DNA of 64,000 nucleotides from Candidatus Gastranaerophilaceae bacterium (GTDB lineage Bacteria; Cyanobacteriota; Vampirovibrionia; Gastranaerophilales; Gastranaerophilaceae): NCBI GenBank assembly GCA_045638625.1, contig JAZUBR010000020.1, positions 9,660 to 73,659 of the forward strand, read 5' to 3'. Shown piece by piece: positions 63,979 to 64,000 of this stretch (position 1 is its first letter; each line of letters starts with the position of its first letter). The notes under the pieces were generated by a model. It saw only the letters and a program-made list of their open reading frames with translations, ran no database searches and was not told where the DNA came from. The position numbers and the translations under genes were made by a program.

Positions 63979-64000
63979 CCTTTTTCTCCGTTAAGATTAT

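Noticed and set aside
1-64000. Alternative genetic code (UGA recoding as in some AT-rich uncultivated lineages)
   Set aside because: Many long ORFs, including one of 1804 aa, are uninterrupted under the standard code, and gene boundaries coincide with RBSs and terminators.

Overview
This is a 64-kb AT-rich chromosomal window from a diderm bacterium. BamA, Skp, MlaEFD and a prepilin-like gene are present, and RNase Y and YmdB argue against Proteobacteria. The standard genetic code is in use, since a 1804-aa ORF has no in-frame stops. Most genes are recognisable housekeeping loci: mtnP, two hup paralogs, pdp, skp-bamA, rny-ymdB, mlaEFD, typA, radA, rsmE, cca, fba, glmU, ribH, murQ, gpsA, tsaB/tsaE, rnpB and tRNA-Arg(CCT).

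The unusual content is as follows.
- A DDE (rve-type) transposase gene runs off the left edge. Its terminal TGCAA-type repeats sit directly beside the 3' end of tRNA-Arg, so this is probably the end of a mobile element.
- Two tandem ~990-aa paralogs of unknown function arose by segmental duplication. A fossil 3' fragment of the upstream LOG gene lies between them. Their C-terminal ~190 aa are far more conserved than the rest and carry a QGNYSTCC motif.
- A 1804-aa giant protein combines an EF-hand-like loop, a Gly-zipper hydrophobic core, about 12 tandem ~32-aa 'DKEFPKEHI' repeats, an HD domain and an unknown C-terminal domain.
- A soluble protein is homologous to the cytoplasmic domain of FlhA/SctV (FHIPEP family) but lacks the membrane domain.
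- An operon encodes a membrane-anchored eukaryotic-like protein-kinase-fold protein and a 612-aa coiled-coil protein.
- A divergent hybrid-cluster-protein (Hcp) homolog lacks several canonical cluster ligands.
- RNase P RNA is overlapped by a spurious ORF in the six-frame track.

No CRISPR array or rRNA was seen. Hand-counted coordinates may drift by 1-3 nt, and all functional calls come from reading motifs without database searches.
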